A stretch of 64,000 nt of DNA from Candidatus Bipolaricaulota bacterium (GTDB taxonomy: Bacteria > Bipolaricaulota > Bipolaricaulia > RBG-16-55-9 > DRXL01): positions 179 through 64,178 of the forward strand of contig CALLJK010000015.1 in NCBI GenBank assembly GCA_938091745.1, in the 5' to 3' direction. The notes beneath the pieces were generated by a model. That model was given only the letters and a program-made list of their open reading frames with translations. It was not told the origin of the DNA and did no database searches. The position numbers and the translations under genes were made by a program. Of this stretch, positions 48,100 through 58,232 are shown in pieces; position 1 is the stretch's first letter; the number at the start of each line of letters is the position of its first letter.

Positions 48100-48531
48100 C
48101 TAGCGCTCCCCTCCGAGCTTGAGACGCTCCCGCAGACGCGTCTTAATAGGCAACTTATGGTCTACCAAGCGCCAAATCTCCTCGGCCTTGGCACGGTCTA
48201 CCCCGCTGATCTCAAAGAGAATTCTTCCTGGAAGCACCACGGCGCACCAGCCCACTGGGTCGCCCTTCCCCTTGCCCATGCGCGTCTCTGCAGGCTTCTT
48301 GGTGATAGGCTTATCAGGGAAGATCCGCACCCAGATCTTCGAGTTCTTCTCAAGCTCGCGCACCATGACCGTGCGGCACGCTTCGATCTGCTGCGCTGTG
48401 ATCCACGCGGGCTCCAGGGCTTGGATGCCGTAATCGCCGAAGGCCACTTCTGAGCCGGCAATAGCTTTGCCCGTCATCCGGCCACGATGGTCTTTTCTAA
48501 ACTTGCGCTGCTTGGGCGCGAGCAACGCCAC
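48100..48531 (-). CDS. rplP: 50S ribosomal protein uL16
   Basis: [19 protein letters not shown] and RMGKGKG; GTG start after SD GGAGGTG. Confidence 0.96.
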   Translation of the reverse strand: MALLAPKQRKFRKDHRGRMTGKAIAGSEVAFGDYGIQALEPAWITAQQIEACRTVMVRELEKNSKIWVRIFPDKPITKKPAETRMGKGKGDPVGWCAVVLPGRILFEISGVDRAKAEEIWRLVDHKLPIKTRLRERLKLGGER

Positions 48532-49177
48532 GGACCTCACCTCCACGTGCAGGATAGATATCCCCACGATAGAGCCAGACCTTAATGCCGATCATCCCGT
48601 ACTTGGTGAGTGCTTCCGCGAAGCCATAATCGATATCTGCCCGGATCGTCTGCAAGGGGACCCGACCCGATTTGCTCTCGATAGACCGCGCGATCTCTGC
48701 CCCACCTAACCGGCCCCCACAGCGAATCTTGACCCCCTTGGCCCCATGATCTATCACTCGTTGAATGACTTCTTTCATGGCGCGGGGCACCGGAATACGA
48801 TTCTGAATCCGTGATGCGACATCTTCAGCGATGAGTGTCGCTTCCAGATCGGGATGATCGACTTCTTTAATATAAATTTTCACCTTGCGCTTGATGAGCT
48901 CTTCGAGCTCTTTCTGGAACTGATCGATCTCCTGGCCCCCTTTGCCAATGATGATCCCTGGCCGGGCCGTGTAGATCACAATAGAGACCCACTCTTCCGT
49001 GGGACGCTCAATAGCAATGCGCGCGATCCCTGCTCCGTAATACCGTTGTTTGATGGTCGTTCGGATCGTATGGTCCTCTTTGACATAGCGCGGGGCATCT
49101 TTTTCAAAGAACCAATTGGAGAGCCATTTCTTGTTGATGCCCAGGCGCAATCCGTACGGGTGTGTTTTGTGTCCCAT
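48497..49177 (-). CDS. rpsC: 30S ribosomal protein uS3
   Basis: [22 protein letters not shown] and [14 protein letters not shown]. Confidence 0.98.
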   Translation of the reverse strand: MGHKTHPYGLRLGINKKWLSNWFFEKDAPRYVKEDHTIRTTIKQRYYGAGIARIAIERPTEEWVSIVIYTARPGIIIGKGGQEIDQFQKELEELIKRKVKIYIKEVDHPDLEATLIAEDVASRIQNRIPVPRAMKEVIQRVIDHGAKGVKIRCGGRLGGAEIARSIESKSGRVPLQTIRADIDYGFAEALTKYGMIGIKVWLYRGDIYPARGGEVRGVARAQAAQV

Positions 49178-49179
49178 AG

Positions 49180-49545
49180 CTATCGCCCCTCGGCGGCGGG
49201 GGCACCCGGCCGCGGCTCATCGCTCACGACGATCGTGATATGACTCGTCCGCCGTTTCCGAATAGAGACCTTGCCCCGAGAACCAGGGCGTAACCGCTTC
49301 CAGAAAGGCCCCTTGTCCACACGAACCTCCTTAACCCACAGAGCGTCTACGTCCATATCGTAATTGTGCTCTGCGTTCGCAATAGCCGACTCCAAGCACT
49401 TGCGCACGATGGGCGCGGCTTTAACGCGCGCAAAGCGCGCCAAACGCAATGCCTCATCGACCGGCTTGCCCTGAATCTGTGAGGTCAGCAGCCGGGCCTT
49501 GATCGGCGATATCCGAACCCATTTGACAGAAGCTTTCGCGTTCAT
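49180..49545 (-). CDS. rplV: 50S ribosomal protein uL22
   Basis: RISPIKARL, SAIANAEHN and RTSHITIVV. Confidence 0.97.
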   Translation of the reverse strand: MNAKASVKWVRISPIKARLLTSQIQGKPVDEALRLARFARVKAAPIVRKCLESAIANAEHNYDMDVDALWVKEVRVDKGPFWKRLRPGSRGKVSIRKRRTSHITIVVSDEPRPGAPAAEGR

Positions 49546-49558
49546 GGTTCTCGCGCTC

Positions 49559-49843
49559 CTACTTCGGTGTGGGGACCTTCTTCTTCTTGATGCCCCCGTG
49601 TGCCTTGAACGTGCGTGTCAGAGCGAACTCCCCAAGACGATGGCCGACCATCGTCTCAGTGATAAAGACCGGCACATGAAGCCGCCCATTATGAACTTTA
49701 ATAGTCAGCCCTACCATCTGCGGGGTGATCATGCTCGCACGAGACCACGTCTTGATCTCAGAGATCTCCCCGCGCTTCATCTTCTCGATCTTTTTCAGCA
49801 ATTTGGGGTGCACATACGGCCCCTTCTTCAACGAGCGCGCCAT
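49559..49843 (-). CDS. rpsS: 30S ribosomal protein uS19
   Basis: [17 protein letters not shown] and [11 protein letters not shown]. Confidence 0.97.
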   Translation of the reverse strand: MARSLKKGPYVHPKLLKKIEKMKRGEISEIKTWSRASMITPQMVGLTIKVHNGRLHVPVFITETMVGHRLGEFALTRTFKAHGGIKKKKVPTPK

Positions 49844-49844
49844 A

Positions 49845-50681
49845 TTAGACCGTCCCCCCTTTGCGCCGCGCCACGATAAATCGATCGCTGGGCTTATGGG
49901 GCTTGCGCGTGCGCACGCCCTTGGCAGGCTTCCCCGAGAACGTACGCGGTGGCCCGCCCACATAGTGACGGCCCTCGCCGCCCCCATGGGGGTGATCGAC
50001 GGGGTTCATCGCTGTTCCGCGGACCGTCGGACGAATCCCGAGATGACGCACCCGCCCCGCCTTCCCATGAACGATATTCTTGTGGTCGATATTGCCTACT
50101 TGTCCGATGGTCGCCATGCAGTCTTCAGGGAAGAGCCGGATCTCCCCGGAGGGCAGGCGCAACCGTGCGTACCCCCCTTCCAAAGCCATCACTTGGCAAG
50201 CCGTCCCCGCTGCACGCGCTACCTTGCCCCCGCTCCCAGGATAGAACTCAACACAGTGTACCATCGCTCCGACGGGGATTCTCTTCAGTGGGAGCGCATT
50301 ACCCACACGTGCCTCGACGTTCTCCCCAGCTTCGATAACCGAGCCGATCTCCAGATCCAAGGGCGAGAGAATATAACGCTTCTCGCCGTCGGCATAGTGC
50401 AGCAGGGTAATCCACGCCGAGCGATTCGGGTCATACTCTTTGGAGACGACTTTTGCGGGCACACCCCATTTATCTCGATAAAAATCGATGATTCTATAGA
50501 GGCGCTTATGCCCGCCCCCACGATGACGCACAGTAATACGCCCTTGGTTGTTGCGCCCGCCCGTCTTATGGAGCGGTTCCACCAGACTCTTCTCAGGCTC
50601 TTTCTCTGTGAGCTCACTGAAGTCTGGGAGCTCCATATGTCTGCGGCTGGGCGTGATCGGCTTAAACTTTCGTGTTGGCAT
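49845..50681 (-). CDS. rplB: 50S ribosomal protein uL2
   Basis: [18 protein letters not shown] and [13 protein letters not shown]. Confidence 0.98.
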   Translation of the reverse strand: MPTRKFKPITPSRRHMELPDFSELTEKEPEKSLVEPLHKTGGRNNQGRITVRHRGGGHKRLYRIIDFYRDKWGVPAKVVSKEYDPNRSAWITLLHYADGEKRYILSPLDLEIGSVIEAGENVEARVGNALPLKRIPVGAMVHCVEFYPGSGGKVARAAGTACQVMALEGGYARLRLPSGEIRLFPEDCMATIGQVGNIDHKNIVHGKAGRVRHLGIRPTVRGTAMNPVDHPHGGGEGRHYVGGPPRTFSGKPAKGVRTRKPHKPSDRFIVARRKGGTV

Positions 50682-50689
50682 CTCTCAGA

Positions 50690-50980
50690 TCACCCTTTGC
50701 CATAGACTTCGATCCGCTGCCCTGGGGCTACTTGAACAATCGCCTTCTTCCAACCAGGAACTTCACCTTGCTGATAGAACTTCTTCGTGCGCGGCTTGCT
50801 GGGCATATTCAGCGTCCGCACCTTGAGCACCTTCACTTTGAAGATGCTCTCCACAGCTCGCTTGATCTGGTTCTTATTCGCCTTGGGATGGACTTCAAAA
50901 ACGTACTTGTTCTCCTCTTGCAGGCGCCAGCCCTTCTCGCTGATCACCGGCTCGCGCAGAATATCCTCAAGAAATTCCAT
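50690..50980 (-). CDS. rplW: 50S ribosomal protein uL23
   Basis: PVISEK, ANKNQIKRAVE.IF and WKKAIV. Confidence 0.97.
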   Translation of the reverse strand: MEFLEDILREPVISEKGWRLQEENKYVFEVHPKANKNQIKRAVESIFKVKVLKVRTLNMPSKPRTKKFYQQGEVPGWKKAIVQVAPGQRIEVYGKG

Positions 50981-50982
50981 AC

Positions 50983-51687
50983 TCAGTTCACCGCCCCCTC
51001 CAGAGCACAGCGCGCTTCTAATTCCTTGAGCGCCTGCTGCGTTATGAGCAAGTACCCGTGCTTTAAAATATCATAGACTGTGAGACTATTCGACTCTACA
51101 CATGTCGCCCACGGCAAGTTCGAGAACGTCTTCTTCACAGGAAGCCCATACTCTTGTTGCGAGACGACCACCAAGAACTGATTCTGGGTTCCGTGAATCT
51201 CTCTGGGGTCCTTCACCAGACCAATTCGCGTAAACATCTGGACGCCCTCTTTCGTCTTGGGCTTCTCAAACGCTACCCGATCTAAGACCCCTAACTGAGC
51301 TTCTTGAAGTTTAGCGATCAACGCTGACTGCAGGGCACGGCGCCGCATCTTCTTGGGGAGCTCATAATCATAGTCTTTCGGCTTTGGCCCAAAGACGACA
51401 CCGCCTTTGCGCCACAGAGGCGAGCGCCGCATGCCGTGCCGCGCACGCCCCGTGTGCTTCTGGGGCCAGGGCTTCTTGCCCGAGCCCACCACTTCCCCCC
51501 GGGTCTTGGTCGAGTGCGTCCCCTGCCGGAGATTCAGCAAATAGACCCGTACCGCACGATAGAGCAGATCCCTGTTGACTTTATATCCGAAGAGCTTCTC
51601 GCTGAGCTCGATCTGCTCAATCGGCCCACCGTCGAATTTATACAAGGGGGCGACAAGTCCCTTTCTCTCAGTCATCGCTTCAGTCAT
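50983..51687 (-). CDS. rplD: 50S ribosomal protein uL4
   Basis: RQGTHSTKTRGEV, KPWPQKHTGRAR and GGVVFGPKP. Confidence 0.97.
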   Translation of the reverse strand: MTEAMTERKGLVAPLYKFDGGPIEQIELSEKLFGYKVNRDLLYRAVRVYLLNLRQGTHSTKTRGEVVGSGKKPWPQKHTGRARHGMRRSPLWRKGGVVFGPKPKDYDYELPKKMRRRALQSALIAKLQEAQLGVLDRVAFEKPKTKEGVQMFTRIGLVKDPREIHGTQNQFLVVVSQQEYGLPVKKTFSNLPWATCVESNSLTVYDILKHGYLLITQQALKELEARCALEGAVN

Positions 51688-51699
51688 AGCCTTCTCCCT

Positions 51700-52326
51700 T
51701 TATGCCGCCTTGCGAATCTCCAAGATACCGTTCCGGGGGCCCGGCACGGCTCCCTGCACAATGAGCACATTCTTCTCCGGATAGACTTTTAAGATTTTAA
51801 GATTTCTCACGGTCACGCGCTCATGGCCCATATGCCCAGCCATGCGCCAGCCTTTAAACGTCCGCCCTGTGGCACGAATGCTTCCAATCGACCCTGGGCG
51901 ACGATGCCACTTGCTCATGCCGTGGGAATCCGGGCCACCTAAGAAATCATGACGCTTCATCACCCCAGCAAACCCCTTGCCCTTAGAGATCCCACTGATA
52001 TGAACGAGCTCGCCCTCCTGGAAGAGCGTCACACTGAGCTCTTGACCAACTTTGAATTCTTGAGGGTTCTCCACACGGAACTCGCGCAGGACGCGCTTAG
52101 GAGCGACACCGGCTTTGTTAAAGTGCCCTTGTAAGGGCTTGGTGACGTTCTTCTCTTTGACCTTGCCATACCCAAGCTGAATCGCATTATAGCCGTCGGT
52201 CTCCACAGACTTGACTTGGGTGACCACTGACGGTTCAGCATAGAGCACGGTCGCCGCGAGGGCTCTGCCCTCAGCATCGAACCACGTGATCATTCCGAGT
52301 TTCTCGCCCAAAATCCCCACAGCCAT
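51700..52326 (-). CDS. rplC: 50S ribosomal protein uL3
   Basis: GILGEKLGM, SKGKGFAGVMKR, RRPGSIG and MAGHMG. Confidence 0.98.
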   Translation of the reverse strand: MAVGILGEKLGMITWFDAEGRALAATVLYAEPSVVTQVKSVETDGYNAIQLGYGKVKEKNVTKPLQGHFNKAGVAPKRVLREFRVENPQEFKVGQELSVTLFQEGELVHISGISKGKGFAGVMKRHDFLGGPDSHGMSKWHRRPGSIGSIRATGRTFKGWRMAGHMGHERVTVRNLKILKVYPEKNVLIVQGAVPGPRNGILEIRKAA

Positions 52327-52327
52327 A

Positions 52328-52636
52328 TCACAGCTTCACCTCGATATCGATCCCCGCGGGCAGCTCAATATCCATGAGCGCGTTGATCGTCTCGGAGGTC
52401 GGCTCTTTAATGTCGATCAGTCTCTTATGGACGCGGCGCTCAAAATGCTCCATGGATTTCTTATTGACATGGGGTGAGCGCAGCACCGTATACCGATGGA
52501 CCTCGGTGGGCAACGGCACCGGCCCGATGATCTTGGCCCGCGTCTCCAACGCGGTCTTGACGATCCGTCGGGTGGCGTCGTCGACCAACTCGTGATCGTA
52601 GCCCTTCAAGCGAATGCGAATCTTCTCTCGAGCCAT
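52328..52636 (-). CDS. rpsJ: 30S ribosomal protein uS10
   Basis: [16 protein letters not shown] and RSPHVNKKS. Confidence 0.98.
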   Translation of the reverse strand: MAREKIRIRLKGYDHELVDDATRRIVKTALETRAKIIGPVPLPTEVHRYTVLRSPHVNKKSMEHFERRVHKRLIDIKEPTSETINALMDIELPAGIDIEVKL

Positions 52637-54729
52637 TACCGTCTCCCTTTCAACACTTCTTCTGCTAAAGTATTGGGTACAACGTCATAGTGTGAGAAGC
52701 GCAAGTTATAGGTCGCCCGCCCTTGGGAGATCGAACGCAATTGCGTCGCATACCCGAAGGTCTCCACTAACGGGATGAGCACGTGAATAATTTGGGTATT
52801 GTGCCGGACTTCCATGGCGGTAATCTGCGCGCGACGCGCTTGCAGATCTGTGATAATCTCGCCGACATAATCCTCCGGCGTGACAATCTCCCCGACCATA
52901 ATGGGCTCTAACAAGAGGGCTTTTGCCCTCTCAAACGCCTGGGTGAGAGCACGGGCTGCTGCCGTCTTGAACGCGATCTCATTCGAATCGACAGGGTGAT
53001 ACGACCCGTAGAAGAGCACGGCGCGAATGTCCACGATGGGGAAGCCTCCCAGAGGACCACTCGCTAACGACTCTTCGAGGCCCTTCTGTACGGCAGGGAT
53101 GAACTCTCGAGGGATAACCCCGCCCTTGGTCTCATCGACGAACTCAAAGCCCTTCCCTCGCGACAGCGGCTCAAACCGAATACAGACGTGCGCGTACTGC
53201 CCGCGTCCGCCCGTCTGCTTCACGAATTTCTCTTCGACCTCAATGGGCTCAGCTAGCGTCTCTCGATAGGCTACTTGGGGACGCCCCATGTTCGCTTCGA
53301 CTTTAAATTCGCGCTTCAGTCGATCAAAGAGAATCTCCAAGTGCAGCTCGCCCATCCCCGCGATGATCATCTGATTGGTCTCGGGGTCGACTCTGTATCT
53401 GAACGTAGGGTCTTCTTGGGCAAGCTTATAGAGGGCTTCGCTCAGTTTATTCTCTTCGGCGTCGGTCTTGGGCTCGACGGCAGCCATCACGACGGGTTCA
53501 GGGAACTCTATCTTCTCCAAGATAATCGGGGCATTAGGATCACAGATTGTATCCCCAGTGATCAGTTCTTTGGGGCCGACGATAGCAGCGATATTGCCCG
53601 CTAAGACTTCGTCGACCTCGGTGCGCTTGTTCGCGTGCATATGGAAGATCCGCGAGATCCTCTCGGTTTTGCCTGTCGTACTATTGAGCACATACGAGCC
53701 CTTGACAAGCTTCCCTGAATAGACGCGCACGTAGACGAGCCGCCCCGTGTACTCATCAGTTTGGACTTTGAATGCTAAGGCCGCCAGGGGGTCATCAGGC
53801 GTCGGGCGTCGTTGGATCTTCGCGCCATTAGCACTCGTGCCATTGACGCTCATGCCCTCGATGATCCCGCGATCTAAGGGGCTAGGCAGATAGTCCACGA
53901 CTGCATCTAAGAGGGGCTGAATCCCGATATTATTGAGCGAAGACCCAAGCAAGACAGGGATGAAATCATCAGAAGATATACACGCTTTTCGTATGGCGCT
54001 CTTGATCTCGTCCTCGCTGATGGGCTGGCCTTCTAGGAATTTCATCAAGAGAGTGTCATCGACTTCTGAGAGAGTTTCCAAGAGCTTCTCACGATAGTGC
54101 GCGACTTTCTCTTGATATTCTTCGGGGATATCTTTATATTCGTAGCGGGCTCCTTTGGACTCCGGATCCCACACGACTAATTTCTGTTTAATAAGATCGA
54201 TGATCCCAGCGAACTGATCCCCTTGGCCGTAGGGGATCTGCAAGGGTATGGGAGTGATCGCGAGTTTCTGGACCATGGACTCGACGGCGGCGTAAAAATC
54301 CGCGCCCATGCGGTCCATCTTATTTATATATGCGATGCGGGGCGTGCGATACTTATCGGCCTGGCGCCAGACCTGCTCCGACTGGGGTTCGACGCCATCG
54401 ACGGCAGAGAAGATCGTGATCGCGCCATCCAAGACCCGTAGGCTGCGCTCGACTTCAGCGGTAAAATCGACGTGTCCGGGCGTGTCAATGATATTGATCT
54501 GGTGATCTCTCCAGAAGCACGTCGTTGCCGCAGCAGTAATAGTGATGCCGCGTTCGCGCTCCTGGGGCATCCAGTCCATCTCGGTATCGCCCTCGTCGAC
54601 GTCACCGATATCGTGAATGCGCCCGGTGTAAAAGAGCAATCGCTCGGTAGTGGTCGTCTTGCCCGCATCGATGTGGGCAATGATCCCGATGTTCCTGATC
54701 TTTTCAATATTGTACCCGAGCGATTTCAT
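52636..54729 (-). CDS. fusA: Elongation factor G
   Basis: [38 protein letters not shown] and GGRGQYAHV. Confidence 0.98.
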   Translation of the reverse strand: MKSLGYNIEKIRNIGIIAHIDAGKTTTTERLLFYTGRIHDIGDVDEGDTEMDWMPQERERGITITAAATTCFWRDHQINIIDTPGHVDFTAEVERSLRVLDGAITIFSAVDGVEPQSEQVWRQADKYRTPRIAYINKMDRMGADFYAAVESMVQKLAITPIPLQIPYGQGDQFAGIIDLIKQKLVVWDPESKGARYEYKDIPEEYQEKVAHYREKLLETLSEVDDTLLMKFLEGQPISEDEIKSAIRKACISSDDFIPVLLGSSLNNIGIQPLLDAVVDYLPSPLDRGIIEGMSVNGTSANGAKIQRRPTPDDPLAALAFKVQTDEYTGRLVYVRVYSGKLVKGSYVLNSTTGKTERISRIFHMHANKRTEVDEVLAGNIAAIVGPKELITGDTICDPNAPIILEKIEFPEPVVMAAVEPKTDAEENKLSEALYKLAQEDPTFRYRVDPETNQMIIAGMGELHLEILFDRLKREFKVEANMGRPQVAYRETLAEPIEVEEKFVKQTGGRGQYAHVCIRFEPLSRGKGFEFVDETKGGVIPREFIPAVQKGLEESLASGPLGGFPIVDIRAVLFYGSYHPVDSNEIAFKTAAARALTQAFERAKALLLEPIMVGEIVTPEDYVGEIITDLQARRAQITAMEVRHNTQIIHVLIPLVETFGYATQLRSISQGRATYNLRFSHYDVVPNTLAEEVLKGRR

Positions 54730-54753
54730 AAGGGATCACACCGATCTCTGAGA

Positions 54754-55233
54754 TTACCAGCGATAGTGGGCGAAGGGGCGGTTGGCCTCAGCCATGCGAT
54801 GGGCCTCGTTCTTCTTCTCGATGGCCTTGCCTTGGTTCTTGAGGGCATCGAGAATCTCTCCGGCGAGCCGTTCCGCCATGTTCCGTTCGTTGCGCTCGCG
54901 GGCCGCGTTGACGAGCCAGCGTAACGCTAACGTCCGCTGGCGGTCCTCCTCAACTTCGTAGGGGACTTGATAGGCCGCGCCTCCCACGCGACGCGAGCGC
55001 GTCTCCAGCTTGGGCATACAGTTCGCCATCGCTTTGAAGAAGACTTCCAAGGGGTTCTCGCCCGTCTTCTCTTGCACAATATCAAATGCTTTATAAACGA
55101 TCCGGCGCGCGAGCGATTTCTTCCCCTCGCGCATCACGTAGTTAATGAGCTTTTCGACGGTCGGGCTGCCGTAGTGCACATCGGGCGGGACGGGCCGCCC
55201 GGGGATCACACGATCTATCACGTGTTGGGTCAT
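54754..55233 (-). CDS. rpsG: 30S ribosomal protein uS7
   Basis: [18 protein letters not shown] and [15 protein letters not shown]; atypical N-terminus. Confidence 0.97.
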   Translation of the reverse strand: MTQHVIDRVIPGRPVPPDVHYGSPTVEKLINYVMREGKKSLARRIVYKAFDIVQEKTGENPLEVFFKAMANCMPKLETRSRRVGGAAYQVPYEVEEDRQRTLALRWLVNAARERNERNMAERLAGEILDALKNQGKAIEKKNEAHRMAEANRPFAHYRW

Positions 55234-55248
55234 AGGGTATCCGCTCCG

Positions 55249-55647
55249 TTAGGTGGCAGGGGCTCCTGCACCTGCAACGCTCTTCTTGACGCCGTACTTG
55301 GAGCGACCGCGCTTGCGCCCCTCGACCCCTGCGGCGTCCAGCGCCCCACGAATAATATGGTAGTTGACGCCGGGCAGGTCCTTGACGCGGCCCCCGCGCA
55401 CCAGCACCATCGAGTGCTCTTGTAAGTTATGGCCCTCGCCGCCGATGTACGCGGTGACCATCTGTTTGTTGCTCAATCGCACGCGGGCGACTTTCCGCAG
55501 AGCCGAGTTGGGCTTTTTGGGCGTCTTGGTGAAGACGCGCACGCAGACCCCTCGCTTCTGCGGGCAGTGCTCCAGCGCCAGAGAGCGCCGGTTGATCTTC
55601 TTGATCCGGATGCGCCCGTAGCGCACCAGCTGATTAAGTGTCGGCAT
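55249..55647 (-). CDS. rpsL: 30S ribosomal protein uS12
   Basis: [29 protein letters not shown] and [10 protein letters not shown]. Confidence 0.98.
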   Translation of the reverse strand: MPTLNQLVRYGRIRIKKINRRSLALEHCPQKRGVCVRVFTKTPKKPNSALRKVARVRLSNKQMVTAYIGGEGHNLQEHSMVLVRGGRVKDLPGVNYHIIRGALDAAGVEGRKRGRSKYGVKKSVAGAGAPAT

Positions 55648-55758
55648 AGCAAACTCCTTACTGTAGAATCGACAACGGCGCACAAGCCGCTAGGCTGCTT
55701 GGCAACGTTGGGAAAAGGTAACGAACCTCTAGGGCAAACCTAATCCCTAGTGTGGGCT

Positions 55759-55787
55759 ATTATAAAATATATGCCCTTTTCTGTCAA
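55759..55787 (-). promoter_or_regulatory. Consensus sigma70 promoter of the ribosomal superoperon
   Basis: TTGACA-17 nt-TATAAT on the minus strand. Confidence 0.88.
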
Positions 55788-55803
55788 GGGATAGTAACGC
55801 TCT

Positions 55804-55832
55804 TTGCAATTTGCCCTATAGTGCGTTATGAT
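55804..55832 (+). promoter_or_regulatory. Promoter of rplM, back-to-back with the rpsL promoter
   Basis: TTGCAA-17 nt-TATGAT. Confidence 0.7.
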
Positions 55833-55904
55833 AGCACATTTAGGAACTCCCTGCAAGTGGGCAGGGCAGACTCAGAAAGCAGTGACGCTCTTAAGGAGGA
55901 GCTT

Positions 55905-56348
55905 ATGCAGCATTCGACTCTTATGAAGCGAGAAGACTTGAGCAAGAGATTTCAACACCGCTGGGTGCTTATTGATGCCAAGGGGAAGACCCTGGGGCGC
56001 TTGGCGTCGCAGATTGCTAAGATCTTGATGGGCAAGCACAAGCCGGAGTACACCCCGCACGTCGATACAGGGGACTATGTCGTCGTCATTAACGCCAAAG
56101 AGATCAAGGTGACGGGAAAGAAGCGCGAGCAAAAGAAGTACTTTCACTATTCGGGATATCCCGGTGGGATTCGGGAGTGGACGTTCGAGCAGCTTATCGA
56201 GAAACATCCGACCAAGCCCCTTGAAGAAGCCGTCAAGAATATGCTGCCCAAGTCGGTATTGGGGCGCAGGATGCTCAAGAAGCTAAAGGTCTATCCAGGG
56301 CCGGAGCATCCCCATCAAGCGCAGAGGCCTCAGCGTATAGAAATATGA
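55905..56348 (+). CDS. rplM: 50S ribosomal protein uL13
   Basis: [28 protein letters not shown] and HPHQAQ; SD AAGGAGGAG before ATG 55905. Confidence 0.97.
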   Translation: MQHSTLMKREDLSKRFQHRWVLIDAKGKTLGRLASQIAKILMGKHKPEYTPHVDTGDYVVVINAKEIKVTGKKREQKKYFHYSGYPGGIREWTFEQLIEKHPTKPLEEAVKNMLPKSVLGRRMLKKLKVYPGPEHPHQAQRPQRIEI

Positions 56349-56359
56349 AGAGAGGGGGA

Positions 56360-56383
56360 GGGGGCTCTCTGAGAAGAGCCCCC
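56360..56383 (+). terminator. Hairpin after rplM
   Basis: GGGGGCTCT-CTGAGA-AGAGCCCCC; no clear U-tract. Confidence 0.5.
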
Positions 56384-56490
56384 TGGATGTATCGGAGTGG
56401 GGTGGACTATTCCCTTAAATTCACTTTAGTTTGAGGTTGATGGAAAAAACATAGAAAAGAAATTCTTTTTTTATGGATTTTACGAGCCCC

Positions 56491-56544
56491 TTGACAGATG
56501 TATTGACCCTTGCTATAATATTGATGATTATAAATATATCAATA
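56491..56544 (+). promoter_or_regulatory. ars-cluster promoter plus putative ArsR operator
   Basis: TTGACA-17 nt-TATAAT (56491-56519), overlapped by inverted repeat TATTGAT-N12-ATCAATA (56519-56544). Confidence 0.8.
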
Positions 56545-56564
56545 TGTGAATGAACGGACATCAT

Positions 56565-56888
56565 ATGAAACAGAGAGAGACGTTGAAACATGCGAAGCTG
56601 GGGGAAATCTTCAAAGCATTAGCTGATGAGACACGCCTCAAGATTTTGAAGGCTTTGAAGCAGCGCTGTTGTTGTAGCTGCACCGAAGTTCCCCCCGATG
56701 AGCCAGGGATGTGCGTCTGTGATGTCGTCGGTTTTGTGAAGCTGTCTCAGCCAGCAGTCTCATACCATCTGGCAATCTTAGAGCGAGCGGGGCTTATCCA
56801 AAGCAAGAAGATCGGGCGTTGGGTTTACTATCGGCGCAACGAGCCCTTCATTGAGCAGCTGTGCGAAGAGTTCAAGACGATGCTTTAG
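56565..56888 (+). CDS. arsR: ArsR/SmtB-family repressor, Cys-rich
   Basis: FKALADETRLKIL, CVCD, SQPAVSYHL..L..AGL and GRWVYY. Start could be 56550. Confidence 0.88.
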   Translation: MKQRETLKHAKLGEIFKALADETRLKILKALKQRCCCSCTEVPPDEPGMCVCDVVGFVKLSQPAVSYHLAILERAGLIQSKKIGRWVYYRRNEPFIEQLCEEFKTML

Positions 56889-56905
56889 CAGGGAGCGTTT
56901 GTTTT

Positions 56906-57364
56906 ATGTACGATACGATAGCAATCAGGCACGCTGAAGCCCGTGATCTTGAAGCCGTGCTCGCCCTGCTTTGCAACCTAGAGCTTCCCACCGGAGGCGT
57001 GCGCGAGCACTTTCGGCGCTTTTTTGTCGCAGAGTCAGAGGGCACTATCGTCGGCTGCGTTGGGATGGAAGTCTATGAAAGAGCCTCTCTCTTGCGCTCG
57101 CTGGCTGTAGCAAAGGATCGTCAGAGTCGGGGCCTTGGCTCGCAGTTGACCCAATACATCATTACGGAGGCCGCACGCTTAGGAGTACACGAGATCGTCT
57201 TGCTCACCACAACAGCTGATAGATTCTTTCGGCGCTTCGGCTTTGAGAAGATCGCTCGAGAAGAAGCGCCAAGAGATGTGTACAAATCAGTCGAATTTCA
57301 ATCGGCCTGTCCAACGACGGCAACATGCATGAGACTTCGACTTGCACCGAAATCTAGGGACTAA
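56906..57364 (+). CDS. GNAT acetyltransferase, ArsN2-like
   Basis: GNAT motif A (LRSLAV...QSRGLG), LLTTTA..FF...GF and C-terminal SVEF..ACP.TA..M; lies between arsR and arsM. Confidence 0.8.
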   Translation: MYDTIAIRHAEARDLEAVLALLCNLELPTGGVREHFRRFFVAESEGTIVGCVGMEVYERASLLRSLAVAKDRQSRGLGSQLTQYIITEAARLGVHEIVLLTTTADRFFRRFGFEKIAREEAPRDVYKSVEFQSACPTTATCMRLRLAPKSRD

Positions 57365-57380
57365 AGGAGGCTAAAAGTCC

Positions 57381-58127
57381 ATGTTCAGCATCAAGAAGAT
57401 CAAACAAGTCGTGAAGGAGCATTACGGGCGGCTGGCCCAGCAAGGCAAAAGTTGCTGCGGCAATGCAGGGCATTTAGAGCTGATCGGATACTCTAAAGAA
57501 GAGCTGGCGAAGCTGAGCGACGACGTGCTCAACGTCGGTGCGGGCTGCGGCAGCCCTGTGACTCTCGCAGAATTGCGTGAGGGCGAGGTTGTCTTAGATT
57601 TGGGCAGCGGCGGCGGGATTGACGTCTTCCTCGCGGCTCAGAGAGTCGGCTTGCGCGGGCGCGCCATCGGTGTAGACATGACCGAGGCGATGGTCGAGCG
57701 CGCGCGGGCGAGCGCCACAAAACTAGGCTTTACCAACGTCGAATTTCTGCTCGGCGAGATCGAAACACTGCCCATTGCAGATGCTTCTGTGGACGTCGTC
57801 ATCAGCAATTGCGTCATCAATCTTGTGCCGGACAAAGCGAAAGCTTTCTCTGAAGCGTTTCGCGTGCTCAAGCCTGGGGGGAGACTGATCGTCTCGGACA
57901 TCGTGACGCGCGGGAAGCTCGCCCTAAAGGGCGACCTTGCAGCGTGGGCTGGGTGCCTTGCGGGAGCAGTCGAGGACAGAGAGTATCTGAAAATTATCGC
58001 TGACGCGGGCTTCGAGCGCGTAGAGATCATCGCGCACAGCCCCGTCCCAGAACCAGAGGGCTTCTACAGCGTGACGGTGCGCGGGTATAAGAAGCCGGAT
58101 GCTGGAAGCATCTGGCTTGGGAGATGA
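57381..58127 (+). CDS. arsM: Arsenite S-adenosylmethionine methyltransferase
   Basis: SCCG, GCGSP, LDLGSGGGID, VDMTEAM, ISNCVINL and WAGCLAGA. Confidence 0.92.
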   Translation: MFSIKKIKQVVKEHYGRLAQQGKSCCGNAGHLELIGYSKEELAKLSDDVLNVGAGCGSPVTLAELREGEVVLDLGSGGGIDVFLAAQRVGLRGRAIGVDMTEAMVERARASATKLGFTNVEFLLGEIETLPIADASVDVVISNCVINLVPDKAKAFSEAFRVLKPGGRLIVSDIVTRGKLALKGDLAAWAGCLAGAVEDREYLKIIADAGFERVEIIAHSPVPEPEGFYSVTVRGYKKPDAGSIWLGR

Positions 58128-58173
58128 AAGCCCACTGAAGTGGGCTATAGAGCGTGCTTGAGCACGCTTTCAT
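58124..58173. repeat. Double-hairpin (cruciform) element
   Basis: AGCCCAC-TGAA-GTGGGCT and AGCGTGCT-TG-AGCACGCT, enclosed by ATGAAAG.../...CTTTCAT. Confidence 0.7.
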
Positions 58174-58232
58174 ATACTGAGCTGGCACCTTCAGTCGTCG
58201 GCTTATCAGATATTTGGTACACTTGACTTGTC

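Noticed and set aside
55752-55904. N-terminal extensions in the ORF track for rplM, rpsS, rplP, rnhA, HEPN and MNT
   Set aside because: These are upstream in-frame alternative starts. SD position and family length support the shorter starts given, and some extensions run through promoters or tRNA.
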